Assembly (NCBI GenBank): GCA_019358915.1
Contig: JAHHIM010000005.1
Location: forward strand, 64,001-128,000
From: Trichormus sp. ATA11-4-KO1
GTDB taxonomy: Bacteria > Cyanobacteriota > Cyanobacteriia > Cyanobacteriales > Nostocaceae
Reading direction: 5' to 3'
DNA length: 64,000 nucleotides
Shown: one piece after another, positions 53,140 through 62,549 of the stretch
Numbering within the stretch: position 1 is the stretch's first letter
Layout: every line of letters begins with the position of its first letter
The notes under the pieces: model-generated
Seen by the model: the letters and a program-made list of their open reading frames with translations, nothing else
Database searches by the model: none
Told to the model about the DNA's origin: nothing
Program-made: the position numbers and the translations under genes

Positions 53140-53598
53140 TTAACGTGTAGACCTGGAGTTACTTAACCGAATTATTAAATAACTAATTGATAGAGCAAGA
53201 ACAGCAAATCCTAAACCAATGATATCAAAACCTGTAACTTTCTCTAAATCAAGTATAATTATTTTACGCGCAATAGCAATTAAAGAAGTAACAATAACTA
53301 ATTCAACTTGAAATACATGTTTTCGCAAATAGGCTGTGATGTTTTCTAAAATTTCCAAAGCAATTAATATATTCAAAAATAACCCAAAAATTGTAAATAA
53401 TGTTGTATTGAATTGTCCATATGGTACAGTAAATAGCTCTTTTACCAGGAAAATACCCAGTTCTCCAATTGCTACCAAAATTACCAACACCATCAAAATA
53501 GATAGAGTTTTGGAAACTAGCACTTCGATGTTTTCGATAATGTGCATAAAGTTTTGATCATTAGTAGCTTCGACCATGCGCCTCAATAGTCGCCTCAT
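53140..53598 (-). CDS. PsiE family membrane protein
   Basis: LIALEILENI..YL, VIVTSLIAIARKII.LD. Confidence 0.85.
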   Translation of the reverse strand: MRRLLRRMVEATNDQNFMHIIENIEVLVSKTLSILMVLVILVAIGELGIFLVKELFTVPYGQFNTTLFTIFGLFLNILIALEILENITAYLRKHVFQVELVIVTSLIAIARKIIILDLEKVTGFDIIGLGFAVLALSISYLIIRLSNSRSTR

Positions 53599-53768
53599 CT
53601 ACTGCACCCCATTTTCCCGCAAAAAGATAAAAGAAAAACCTCATAGATATATCTAGAGGATGCCAAAATAATACCTTGCAGATTCTTTGTAGGTTTTTGA
53701 TTAGTCTTTATTTTTGCTTGACTATTAATTAAATTACCAATTTACTGTTTAGGTATGTACTTAGTAGC

Positions 53769-54024
53769 TTACCATTGTGAGGACTGAAGTTGATAATTTT
53801 TGACTGTCATCTCTACAGAAATTGGTAGCAGTTGCACTGCACAGGCTTTTAATTCAGGTTGCAGAGAATCGGGGCAAGATTCCGGATGAGTCAGGGCGTT
53901 AGCTTCGGCATGATCTGCCCATAAAGTCCCCCAGTGCATAGGGACAAACACCGTACCAGGAGCGATCGCGCAGCGTGCGTTTTACGCGTTCGCCTTTGTA
54001 ACTTTAGCAGGAAACTTGCCTTGA
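53769..54024 (-). pseudogene. narB: Detached duplicate of the narB 3' end
   Basis: KFPAKVTKA[24-nt insert][33 protein letters not shown], homologous to 60313-60496. Confidence 0.9.
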
Positions 54025-54054
54025 TTTCAACGCAGACTGTTTTCTCACAGCACC

Positions 54055-55395
54055 TTACGCTGGGAAACACCTGCCAAACGCCTGAAGTAATTTAAGAGAA
54101 CCACTGATCCGAACTTTGCGCCTTAACAGTGCCCAAATCAGACTTTGTTCTTTGGCAAGAAAACCGAGCCACGTTTTGCTGTCTGCTGTGACAGAAAGAT
54201 TAGCGTTTCCAAGGTGACCGTCCTGAACCTGTACAGTTTTATTATGAATCGTCACCGTCGCACAACGAGACTCAGCACCTGTGAACGTGAAGTGGTAAAT
54301 TGCGCTTAACCCCTCCGACTGATTTCGTTGAAATAGCAATGGTAATCCGAAGAGAAAGCCTTGAATCGATTGGGGACGAATTCCACTGCTCACACGTCTC
54401 ACTGTTTTATGGGGAAAGCGTCGCGCAACATAGCTTTCTGCATCCGATCCTGGCACCACATAGATCGTTTCGGTTTTGTCTTGCAACGGTTTAACCACTT
54501 CTTGAACAAACGCTTTACGATCGCTCAAAAACGGCGCAATCACATCCTCTCCCGCAGGACAGACCGCCATGCAATAAGCCGCTTTATATTGGGCATTAAA
54601 GGACAAACTTTGCCACATGGAGGCGGATTCAGAATCGTTGACTTTTTGCCGATAAGCATGAGCGCTCTTACTGTCAGCGATTGTCCCTGCCCAATCGGTA
54701 AACCCGCTCATAAATTCACGGTAATTATGGGTATAGCAGGCAGAGAAACTAAAGTGACCGTCGGCACCGATCGCACCGACTGGACAAGCGGCTACACACA
54801 ACTTGCATTCGACACAGGGATTGTAGTCGATGGGATGAGTGTATTTTGTTACGGCTGCATCAATCAGAATCGTGCCCAGGGCAATGAAATTGCCAAACTT
54901 CGGATGAATCACCAACCGATGAATGCCCATATGACCTAACCCAGCTGCCACCGCGACAGGCTTGTGGGAAATAACCCAGACTTTGCCAGGAAATTGATCC
55001 ATTTCCATCGGGAAACTTGCCCCTGGCACCATGCCGCGTACCCCAGTCTGCTCCAAGGTTCTGACAATCCTGCGAGCGACTTCATTGGCATGATCATAGT
55101 TAGCATGAAATTCAAGGTTGGCAGCAGAACGCACAGGCGTGCGAATATTTTCCCGATTCATTCTGGTGACAAAACTAATCAGCGTTTTAGTGGGTGGAAA
55201 TGCCCGCAGAATATCGGCGTGCTGATCGGCGATCGCGGGTCGGTCAACTTCCACAAATCCCACATCATCAGCACCCGCCTCTAAGCAGAGCGATTGAAGA
55301 GCGTCTGAGTTCAATAGAACAGTAGTTGCTGATTGGTTACTTGTAGCCTGTTCCCGCCACCATTTCACAGTAGGGTGATCATCAAATTTAGCCAT
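54055..55395 (-). CDS. Epoxyqueuosine-reductase-like 4Fe-4S protein fused to an SCP2 sterol-carrier domain
   Basis: GADDVG, SHK.VA..AGLG, CVECKLCVAACP, YCMAVCP; C-terminal SCP2-like domain. Confidence 0.82.
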   Translation of the reverse strand: MAKFDDHPTVKWWREQATSNQSATTVLLNSDALQSLCLEAGADDVGFVEVDRPAIADQHADILRAFPPTKTLISFVTRMNRENIRTPVRSAANLEFHANYDHANEVARRIVRTLEQTGVRGMVPGASFPMEMDQFPGKVWVISHKPVAVAAGLGHMGIHRLVIHPKFGNFIALGTILIDAAVTKYTHPIDYNPCVECKLCVAACPVGAIGADGHFSFSACYTHNYREFMSGFTDWAGTIADSKSAHAYRQKVNDSESASMWQSLSFNAQYKAAYCMAVCPAGEDVIAPFLSDRKAFVQEVVKPLQDKTETIYVVPGSDAESYVARRFPHKTVRRVSSGIRPQSIQGFLFGLPLLFQRNQSEGLSAIYHFTFTGAESRCATVTIHNKTVQVQDGHLGNANLSVTADSKTWLGFLAKEQSLIWALLRRKVRISGSLKLLQAFGRCFPA

Positions 55396-55492
55396 TGCGG
55401 ACTCCTGAATGGATGTTTACCCGTACTTACAAGGTTTTGAGCCATGCAAGTTCTTCCGATCCAATGCGTTATGTGACTGATTGCAGGGAGTA

Positions 55493-56554
55493 TTATGATC
55501 CGTGCTTGACCTGCCAGTGGTCACTACTCATCACGAACTGCGGCGCAGGTGGCATAGGGTGGAAGTGCTCACGCTCAAACCGATCCAGATTGTACCCCGG
55601 CGTAAAAGGGACGAGATTGAATTGCAAGAAGGCGCGTAACCGATTGGCAAAGGTCTTGCGGGCAAACGGCATTGCAGCATAGCGCCGGACTGTTGTTTCA
55701 AAATCTTCCGCTGGATGTCCGGTCAGATCCTCGACAACATCGTTCGGCGCACCAAATTCAAACGCGCCTTGCTTGTGGTCTTCAATGTAATAACGGAAGT
55801 TGCTCAGTTCAAAGGCGGAGACCCCCTGTAAGCGCGCCGCCCTTTCAAACATCCACCACGGTAAGTTAACAGCAAAGACAGGGCTTTTAAGCACTTTCCG
55901 AACAGTTTTGGCTATATCATAGGCAGACACCAGTTTTGGTCCCGTCGGGCGATAGATTTTGCCAGCATAGCGATCAGGGTTCATCAGTAGGGCAACGACA
56001 ACGCGGGCAATATCTTCATTAGAAGGTGGAGCATTGCGGCTGTCGCCAGTCAAAACGGGAAATATCCCCAGCAAAGAGGCGAAGTCGATCAACCGCAGAT
56101 AGTTATCGGCAAAGTACCCAGGATTGAGATTCACATAGGCAACGCCGGGAATGGTAGACAACATCTGCTCGACCAACCACAGTTGGCGCGTTTGCAGAGA
56201 CGGATGGTTCGGACTGGCGAGCCACTGGCTGAGTCCCACGACCGCTTCGAGCTTTGACTCCCGGGCGGCGGCAACAAACACAGCCGCGCTCTGAATCATG
56301 TACGGGTGGAACGGCGGGCAATAATAGGCGCGCACAGTTCCCCGCATCGCCTCCAGCATCTGATCGGGATCGAACAGATCGGCGACAACGGTTTCCACGC
56401 CAAGACGGTCGAGTCGTTTGCTCCGCCCATCACGTGAACGGACGATCGCCCGCACGGGCCAGCCTCTCTCAAGCAGTTGGGCAACTACAGCGCCTCCCGT
56501 CTTACCCGTTGCACCTGTCACTAAGATCTTGGGGGGATGATCAAATTTAGCCAT
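55493..56554 (-). CDS. NmrA-like NAD(P)-binding atypical SDR
   Basis: ILVTGATGKTG; GGAGG RBS before MAKFDHPP. Confidence 0.88.
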   Translation of the reverse strand: MAKFDHPPKILVTGATGKTGGAVVAQLLERGWPVRAIVRSRDGRSKRLDRLGVETVVADLFDPDQMLEAMRGTVRAYYCPPFHPYMIQSAAVFVAAARESKLEAVVGLSQWLASPNHPSLQTRQLWLVEQMLSTIPGVAYVNLNPGYFADNYLRLIDFASLLGIFPVLTGDSRNAPPSNEDIARVVVALLMNPDRYAGKIYRPTGPKLVSAYDIAKTVRKVLKSPVFAVNLPWWMFERAARLQGVSAFELSNFRYYIEDHKQGAFEFGAPNDVVEDLTGHPAEDFETTVRRYAAMPFARKTFANRLRAFLQFNLVPFTPGYNLDRFEREHFHPMPPAPQFVMSSDHWQVKHGS

Positions 56555-56578
56555 TGAAGCCTCCAGATTCGTTTTTGT

Positions 56579-56590
56579 ATGTATATACAT
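56579..56590. promoter_or_regulatory. Putative MarR operator copy 2 (ATGTATATACAT)
   Basis: Perfect 12-bp palindrome upstream of the nmrA-like gene, identical to 57074-57085. Confidence 0.7.
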
Positions 56591-56612
56591 GTTTTTTGCA
56601 AAGCCTCTTAGG

Positions 56613-57068
56613 TTAACTCAAGGTTGTTACCTCCGATAACAGCGACAGCAGAGTTTGCCATTTCTGTTCTCCAAAGTGTTGTCTGAGTTCCGCTTGCACC
56701 TGCTCCCACAAAGGCATGGACTCCGCTAGAACCGCCTGTCCCTCAACCGTCAAAGATACCAACTTAACCCGCCGATCTTCCCCTGGGGCGATCGCAACTA
56801 ATTTCTGTTTTTCAAGCAACTTAATATTTCGAGTTACCGTGGTTTGGTCAGCAAATAATTCTTGAGCCAAACGAGTGATAGCGACAGGCTCAAACAGATG
56901 AATTGCTACGAGGAATGTAAACTGGTTTACCACCAAACCCGCCGGGCGCAATGCAGCATCATATACTTGCGTCAAGATTCGCGAAGCCCGACGAATATGC
57001 AGTCCCATACAGGTCGCCGGGACTTGATTGGCGATCACAAGTTTTGCTTTGAGAGGGGAATCATTCAT
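56613..57068 (-). CDS. MarR family transcriptional regulator
   Basis: C.GLHIRRASR..TQVYD..L, DQTTVTRNIKLLEK, DRRVKLVSLT..G. Confidence 0.93.
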   Translation of the reverse strand: MNDSPLKAKLVIANQVPATCMGLHIRRASRILTQVYDAALRPAGLVVNQFTFLVAIHLFEPVAITRLAQELFADQTTVTRNIKLLEKQKLVAIAPGEDRRVKLVSLTVEGQAVLAESMPLWEQVQAELRQHFGEQKWQTLLSLLSEVTTLS

Positions 57069-57073
57069 ATAAC

Positions 57074-57085
57074 ATGTATATACAT
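57074..57085. promoter_or_regulatory. Putative MarR operator copy 1 (ATGTATATACAT)
   Basis: Perfect palindrome 5 bp upstream of the marR start codon. Confidence 0.72.
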
Positions 57086-57198
57086 ATAATTTGATATTGT
57101 CAAGTAGAATTTGTCTTGTTTAGTCAATCTCATTTGATACTGAGCTTTAGCAAAGAAGCTTGGTACGCTACCAGTAATTTCAGTCACATCTGCGGAAT

Positions 57199-57846
57199 GT
57201 GGGATCAAATAGCGCAGGAATTAAAACAGAAATTTATTCCCGTTTATTTTCAGAAATATTTTTATACATCCGCCAATATAAACCCCTCAACCCTTGGCAA
57301 GCGGTAGTCATTTATCCCACTCGCAACGTAGATACAGCAGATAGAGGTCATCACGCAGAATTATTACATAGCCATCGTGTGCAGCTGATTCATTTAGATG
57401 AATTGGGCGAAACAGCATCATTACCAATTGGGATTGCTACCATCAGATTAGTTATAGAAAATGAAGAGACAGCAATTACCACAGCCAGAGAGTTAATCAA
57501 TAGAACAAGGCAAGAAATTGATACAGAAACCAAACAACAGCAATTATTAGAATTGATAGAGACGATCTTGGTTTACAAATTCCCATCTATGAATCGAGAG
57601 GAGATTGAAAGTATGTTTAGTTTAAGTGATTTGAAGCAGACAAAGGTTTATCAAGAAGCTAAACAGGAAGGCATACAGGAAGGTAGACAAGAAGGTATAC
57701 AGGAAGGTGCGCGTCAAGAAAAGTTGAAGTTGATACCTTTACTGTTGAAATTAGGATTGAGTGTAGATCAAATAGCACAGGAATTAAATTTGCAATTAGA
57801 GGACGTACAGCAAGAATTACACAGACAATCCCCGAATCAAGATTAA
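57199..57846 (+). pseudogene. Rpn/DUF2887-family protein, apparently N-terminally truncated
   Basis: YSRLFSEIFLY, ETILVYKFP, LKQTKVYQEA plus QEG repeats; the usual N-terminal PD-(D/E)XK-like part is not visible. Confidence 0.7.
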
Positions 57847-57852
57847 TAAATT

Positions 57853-58357
<505 letters not shown>

Positions 58358-58387
58358 TTAGGATAATTTTTGCCTTTTTTCATATTT

Positions 58388-58479
58388 AGGACTTACGCAC
58401 TCGCTACAAAAATCAAGGCTTTGAGATTGCTTCCCTACGGTCGCAATGACGAAAATACGTGGTTGGTTACGTAAGTCCT
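58388..58479. mobile_element. MITE-like element with AGGACTTACG terminal inverted repeats
   Basis: AGGACTTACGCA..TACGTAAGTCCT enclosing a GATTGCTTC..TCGCAATGAC REP-like unit. Confidence 0.7.
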
Positions 58480-58492
58480 GATATTCTAAAGT

Positions 58493-58660
58493 TTACTTTC
58501 TTGGATACCTTTTATAATGCCCTCTTACAGGAGTTCCATCTTTCCGACGATATGGTGTTGAACAATGCCAAAGGACGTAGGCTTTATTGGCTTGCTCCTG
58601 AACTGATGCAGGAAGATCGTCTAGCTGTTTGCGAAATGACTTTGTGACACTTGATTTCAT
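58493..58660 (-). pseudogene. Truncated RelE/ParE-superfamily toxin fused to an unrelated tail (55 aa, below ORF-track cutoff)
   Basis: Manual translation MKSSVTKSFRKQLDDLPASVQEQANKAYVLW-HCSTPYRRKDGTPVRGHYKRYPRK; ATGA overlap with the antitoxin stop. Confidence 0.7.
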
Positions 58661-58887
58661 TTTTTTGTTGGAAAAACTTGATCAAGCGGAACGGTTTCAC
58701 CTTTCGCAATTTCCTGACGTACCATTGCAGCCATCTGATCCCATTGATCATCGCTTGTAGCAGCAAAATGAGCTTCCCATTTTTGTTCGTCTTGTAATTC
58801 TGCTAAAAATCGAGTAGCGATCGCATCTTGTTGATCAGGTGGGAGTTTTTGGATTTGGGCGATCGCCTGTTGAAGGAGTTCAGTCAT
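58657..58887 (-). CDS. Putative type II antitoxin
   Basis: MTELLQQAIAQIQKLPPDQQDAIA..L.DEQKW...F; translationally coupled to the toxin remnant. Confidence 0.75.
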   Translation of the reverse strand: MTELLQQAIAQIQKLPPDQQDAIATRFLAELQDEQKWEAHFAATSDDQWDQMAAMVRQEIAKGETVPLDQVFPTKK

Positions 58888-59098
58888 GATTTTGTTATGG
58901 TAAAAACCACAATCGCACATAGTTTCTCAATCTTAGCTGAGGCTCAGGGAAATGCTCTGTGGCGGAGTATAAACAGCAGTGGCAACTCAATCCGATTATT
59001 CCATGACTTCGTGTGAAAGGTTGATCCACTTCATTATATTCCATGTATATAACCCAAGTTGCGGGTTATAAAATTCTGAATGCTTCGTAAGGGTTAAT

Positions 59099-59278
59099 TT
59101 AGGTAAATGCACATGAAAAGTTGACGGTTGCATTCTGTTGAAACTTACCGCCTATGCATCCATCGGAATCTACGGAAGAGATAGGGAAGTAGGCTGGAAT
59201 TATTGCAGGGTTGGTAAGCGCATCAAAAATGCTACTGACAGGAGCATTAATGACGACGGACTTGTCGATTGAGAGCAC
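59099..59278 (-). pseudogene. SRPBCC/AHSA1-domain cassette gene, 5' fragment
   Basis: GTG start with AAGGA RBS 18 bp after attC; MLSIDKSVVINAPVSSIFDALTNPAIIPAYF, stop at 59 aa. Confidence 0.65.
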
Positions 59279-59296
59279 AGTTTCTTTTCCTTTGGA

Positions 59297-59384
59297 GGCT
59301 AACGTTGATGTTCAGCGGTTGCAAATCAAATCTTGCTGCATCACGAGCAAAAACCGACAATCCGCTGCAACAGCGTTGTTGTGC
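59297..59384 (-). other. Integron attC recombination site (88 bp)
   Basis: Minus strand: R'' GCACAAC, L'' GTTGCAGCGG (one extrahelical G), L' CCGCTGAAC, R' GTTAGCC. Confidence 0.82.
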
Positions 59385-59395
59385 TGCTGCCAACA

Positions 59396-59506
59396 TCATA
59401 GATATTCAAGTTTTACATACACCTCTGTTGGGTGAAAAATGACATAGGAGATATTCCATTGGCGAAACCCTAAACTCTGATACAACCTTGCAGCTATTTC
59501 ATTATA
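59396..59506 (-). pseudogene. GNAT acetyltransferase cassette, 3' fragment
   Basis: Manual translation [20 protein letters not shown]; stop 11 bp before attC. Confidence 0.62.
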
Positions 59507-60158
59507 TTTACCAACCGTTTTGACAAAAGATGAAGTTTTAGCAATTATTCAAAAATTATCTGGCGTGTATCAACTTTTAATTAAGTTACTTTATGGCACA
59601 GGATTACGCTTAACTGAAGGACTGAGTTTAAGAATTAAAGATGTTGATTTTGCCCAAAATCAAATTATTGTGCGCGATACAAAGGGAAATGAGAGTCGGG
59701 TGACTATGTTACCTGAAAGTATTGCTGAAGAACTAAAGATTCATTTACAAAGTGTTAAAATTCTACATCAACAAGATTTACAAACAGGCTATGGTTCGGT
59801 TTATCTGCCTTTTTCATTAGAAAGAAAATATCCGAGAGCAAAGTATGATTGGATTTGGCAGTTTGTTTTCCCTTCTGCTAGCATTTCTAAAGATCCACGC
59901 AGTGGGGAACTACGTCGCCATCATTTACACGAGAGTAGTTTACAAAAATCATTAAAACAAGCGGTTCGTCAAGCTGGTATTCAAAAAAAGGTGGGTTGTC
60001 ATACATTTCGCCACAGTTTTGCTACCCATTTACTGCAAAATGGTTATGACATCCGCACGGTACAGGAATTATTGGGACACAAGGATGTGAAAACAACGAT
60101 GATTTATACTCATGTTCTTAACCGTGGTGGTAAAGCTGTTCGCAGTCCCCTTGATTAA
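59505..60158 (+). pseudogene. intI: Integron integrase lacking its N-terminal domain
   Basis: [15 protein letters not shown], integron-specific insert [51 protein letters not shown]; in-frame stop at 59478. Confidence 0.92.
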
Positions 60159-60255
60159 TCAAAATTTGTCATTAATGGGCAATCTTGAAAGACTAATCAC
60201 TACTTATCTAAATGGGTTATAGCACGCGAAAATATCCGGTCTTTAGCTTGGTAAT

Positions 60256-62445
60256 TTACTCGACAACAGAATAATGAGAGACTTGTGTTTCCTGTTTTTC
60301 CACTGATAATGTACTTATGGGAACTAGCTGCACTGCACAAGCTTTTAATTCTGGTTGCAGAGAATCAGGACAAGATTCGGGATGAGTCAGGGCGTTAGCT
60401 TCGGCATTATCCGCCCAAAGTGACCCCCAGTGCATAGGGACAAATACTGTACCAGGAGCGATCGCTCTGGTAATTCTAGCCGGAAACTTGGCTTGACCCC
60501 GCCGCGATCGCACGTCCACTAACTGATTATCAGTAATACCTAACTTAGCCGCATCACGGGGATGAATTTCGATAAAAGGTTCCGGGTGCATTTTACGAAT
60601 TTTCTCAATGCGACCAGTACGTGTCTGCGTATGCCAATGTCCGTAAAGTCTGCCATTAGTCATGACAAAAGGAAAATTGGGGTCAGGTGGTTCAGCCAAG
60701 CCTTTAGAATAATACGCCCCAAATCGCGCCCGACCGTCAGGAGTATGGAACCGTAAATCTGTATATAGGCGTTTAGATTCTCCACTCCCCACCCTGGAAT
60801 GAGGCCATTGTGTGGGGCCTTGAATCTGCAATTGTTCATGACTCATACCAGACATATCGCAGGGGCGATCGCCTGTCAATTGGACGAATTCTGCGAAAAC
60901 TTGAGATGAGTTGGTAAAGGCAAATTCTTTGGCAAAACCCAATCTGCGCCCTACTTCAGCAAAAATTTCCCAATCGGCTTTTGCTTCTCTTGGTGGTTGG
61001 CGGAATGCTTGACACAAGGTGATCGTTCTTTCAGAATTAGTCATTACGCCTGTTTTTTCACCCCATTGGGCAGCAGGTAAAACAACATGGGCGTAAGCAG
61101 AGGTTTCTGTAGGGTAATATGCGTCTTGATAAATTGTCAAAGGCGATCGCAATAAGGCTTTTTTGGTTCTTTCCAAATCTGGCATACTCACAGCCGGGTT
61201 TGTGGCTGCAATCCAGAGTAAACCTACAGCGTCATTTTCCAAACCAGTAATCATATCCCATGCCGTTAAACCGGGATACGGAGAAATTTGTCCTCGTGGT
61301 AATCCCCAAAAATCTTCCACTTCGGCGCGGTGTTGGGGATTTTTCACCGAACGATATCCAGGTAATAAATGTGATAACCCTCCGGCTTCTCTACCTCCCA
61401 TGGCATTGGGTTGACCTGTGAGAGAAAAAGGCCCCGCACCCGGTTTGCCAATTTGTGCAGTCATCAAATGCAGATTAATAATACTTCTGACCTTGGCTGT
61501 CCCTTCACTGGACTGATTGACACCCATCGACCATAGAGACAGCACCCGTTGAGATTCACCCCAGTACTTAGCTGCTGTTTCTAAATCTGCAATACTAATC
61601 CCACATTGATTAGCGACAACTTCCGGGGAATAATGGCGAATTACTTCCGCATATTCGGAAAAATTACTGGTGCAATCATCAATGAAGCCCACATCAATGA
61701 GTTGCCAACGCATTAATAAATGAGCAATACCATTTAATAAATCGATATCTGTACCGGGACGAATCGCTAAATGTAAATCAGCCGCTTCTGCGGTGGCTGT
61801 CCTTCGAGGGTCAACCACAACCATTTTGACTTTACGATTTTTTTTATGATATTTCGCCAATCTATTAAAAACAATTGGGTGACATTCTGCCGTATTCGTC
61901 CCAATTAAAAAAGCACAATCTGTGATTTCTAAATCTTCATAACAACAAGGAGGGCCATCAGCACCAAAGCTTTGAATGTACCCAGCCACAGCACTAGACA
62001 TACATAACCGGGAATTGGCATCAAAATTATTAGTACCCAGACATCCTTTAAGTAGTTTTTGGGCTGTGTAGTAATCTTCTGTTTGGAACTGACCAGAACC
62101 ATACATACAAATAGCTTCTGGCCCTTGGGTATGGCAGACTGTTTGGATGCGCTGTGTAATTAAATCAAAAGCTTCATCCCAACTCACCCGGCGAAACTCT
62201 TGATCTAGAGAGTCTCGCACCATTGGGTAATGTAATCTATTTTTATCTAAAGATTCTGCGATCGTTGCACCCTTAACACACACCATCCCCTGACTTGACG
62301 GGTGGTCTTTATCACCCCGCACCCGCCAAATCGGATTTCCTTGGCTATCTCTATTAGTTGGTTTAGCAGGTTGCGCTGGCGGTGAAACTTCCAATCCACA
62401 GCCAACACCACAGTAGGGACATAAGGTTTTGGTAAATTCACTCAT
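60256..62445 (-). CDS. narB: Ferredoxin-dependent assimilatory nitrate reductase
   Basis: [11 protein letters not shown] Fe-S motif, [27 protein letters not shown]; start placed at MSEFTK. Confidence 0.97.
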   Translation of the reverse strand: MSEFTKTLCPYCGVGCGLEVSPPAQPAKPTNRDSQGNPIWRVRGDKDHPSSQGMVCVKGATIAESLDKNRLHYPMVRDSLDQEFRRVSWDEAFDLITQRIQTVCHTQGPEAICMYGSGQFQTEDYYTAQKLLKGCLGTNNFDANSRLCMSSAVAGYIQSFGADGPPCCYEDLEITDCAFLIGTNTAECHPIVFNRLAKYHKKNRKVKMVVVDPRRTATAEAADLHLAIRPGTDIDLLNGIAHLLMRWQLIDVGFIDDCTSNFSEYAEVIRHYSPEVVANQCGISIADLETAAKYWGESQRVLSLWSMGVNQSSEGTAKVRSIINLHLMTAQIGKPGAGPFSLTGQPNAMGGREAGGLSHLLPGYRSVKNPQHRAEVEDFWGLPRGQISPYPGLTAWDMITGLENDAVGLLWIAATNPAVSMPDLERTKKALLRSPLTIYQDAYYPTETSAYAHVVLPAAQWGEKTGVMTNSERTITLCQAFRQPPREAKADWEIFAEVGRRLGFAKEFAFTNSSQVFAEFVQLTGDRPCDMSGMSHEQLQIQGPTQWPHSRVGSGESKRLYTDLRFHTPDGRARFGAYYSKGLAEPPDPNFPFVMTNGRLYGHWHTQTRTGRIEKIRKMHPEPFIEIHPRDAAKLGITDNQLVDVRSRRGQAKFPARITRAIAPGTVFVPMHWGSLWADNAEANALTHPESCPDSLQPELKACAVQLVPISTLSVEKQETQVSHYSVVE

Positions 62446-62473
62446 GGCAATTAATGGGGAGTAGGGACAAATT

Positions 62474-62544
62474 AATTCAAAATTCAAAATTCAAAATTTT
62501 TCAGTACAGGAAATTACGAATTACGAATTACGAATTACGAATTA
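62474..62544. repeat. STRR arrays (AATTCAA)x3 and (AATTACG)x4 in the nrtP-narB spacer
   Basis: Direct reading. Confidence 0.9.
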
Positions 62545-62549
62545 TTCCC

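Noticed and set aside
54300..56550. Several plus-strand ORFs of up to 192 aa
   Set aside because: Shadows of GC-rich minus-strand genes; no motifs
59211..59435. 74-aa plus-strand ORF as the missing intI N-terminus
   Set aside because: No integrase similarity; it runs antisense across the attC and cassette fragments
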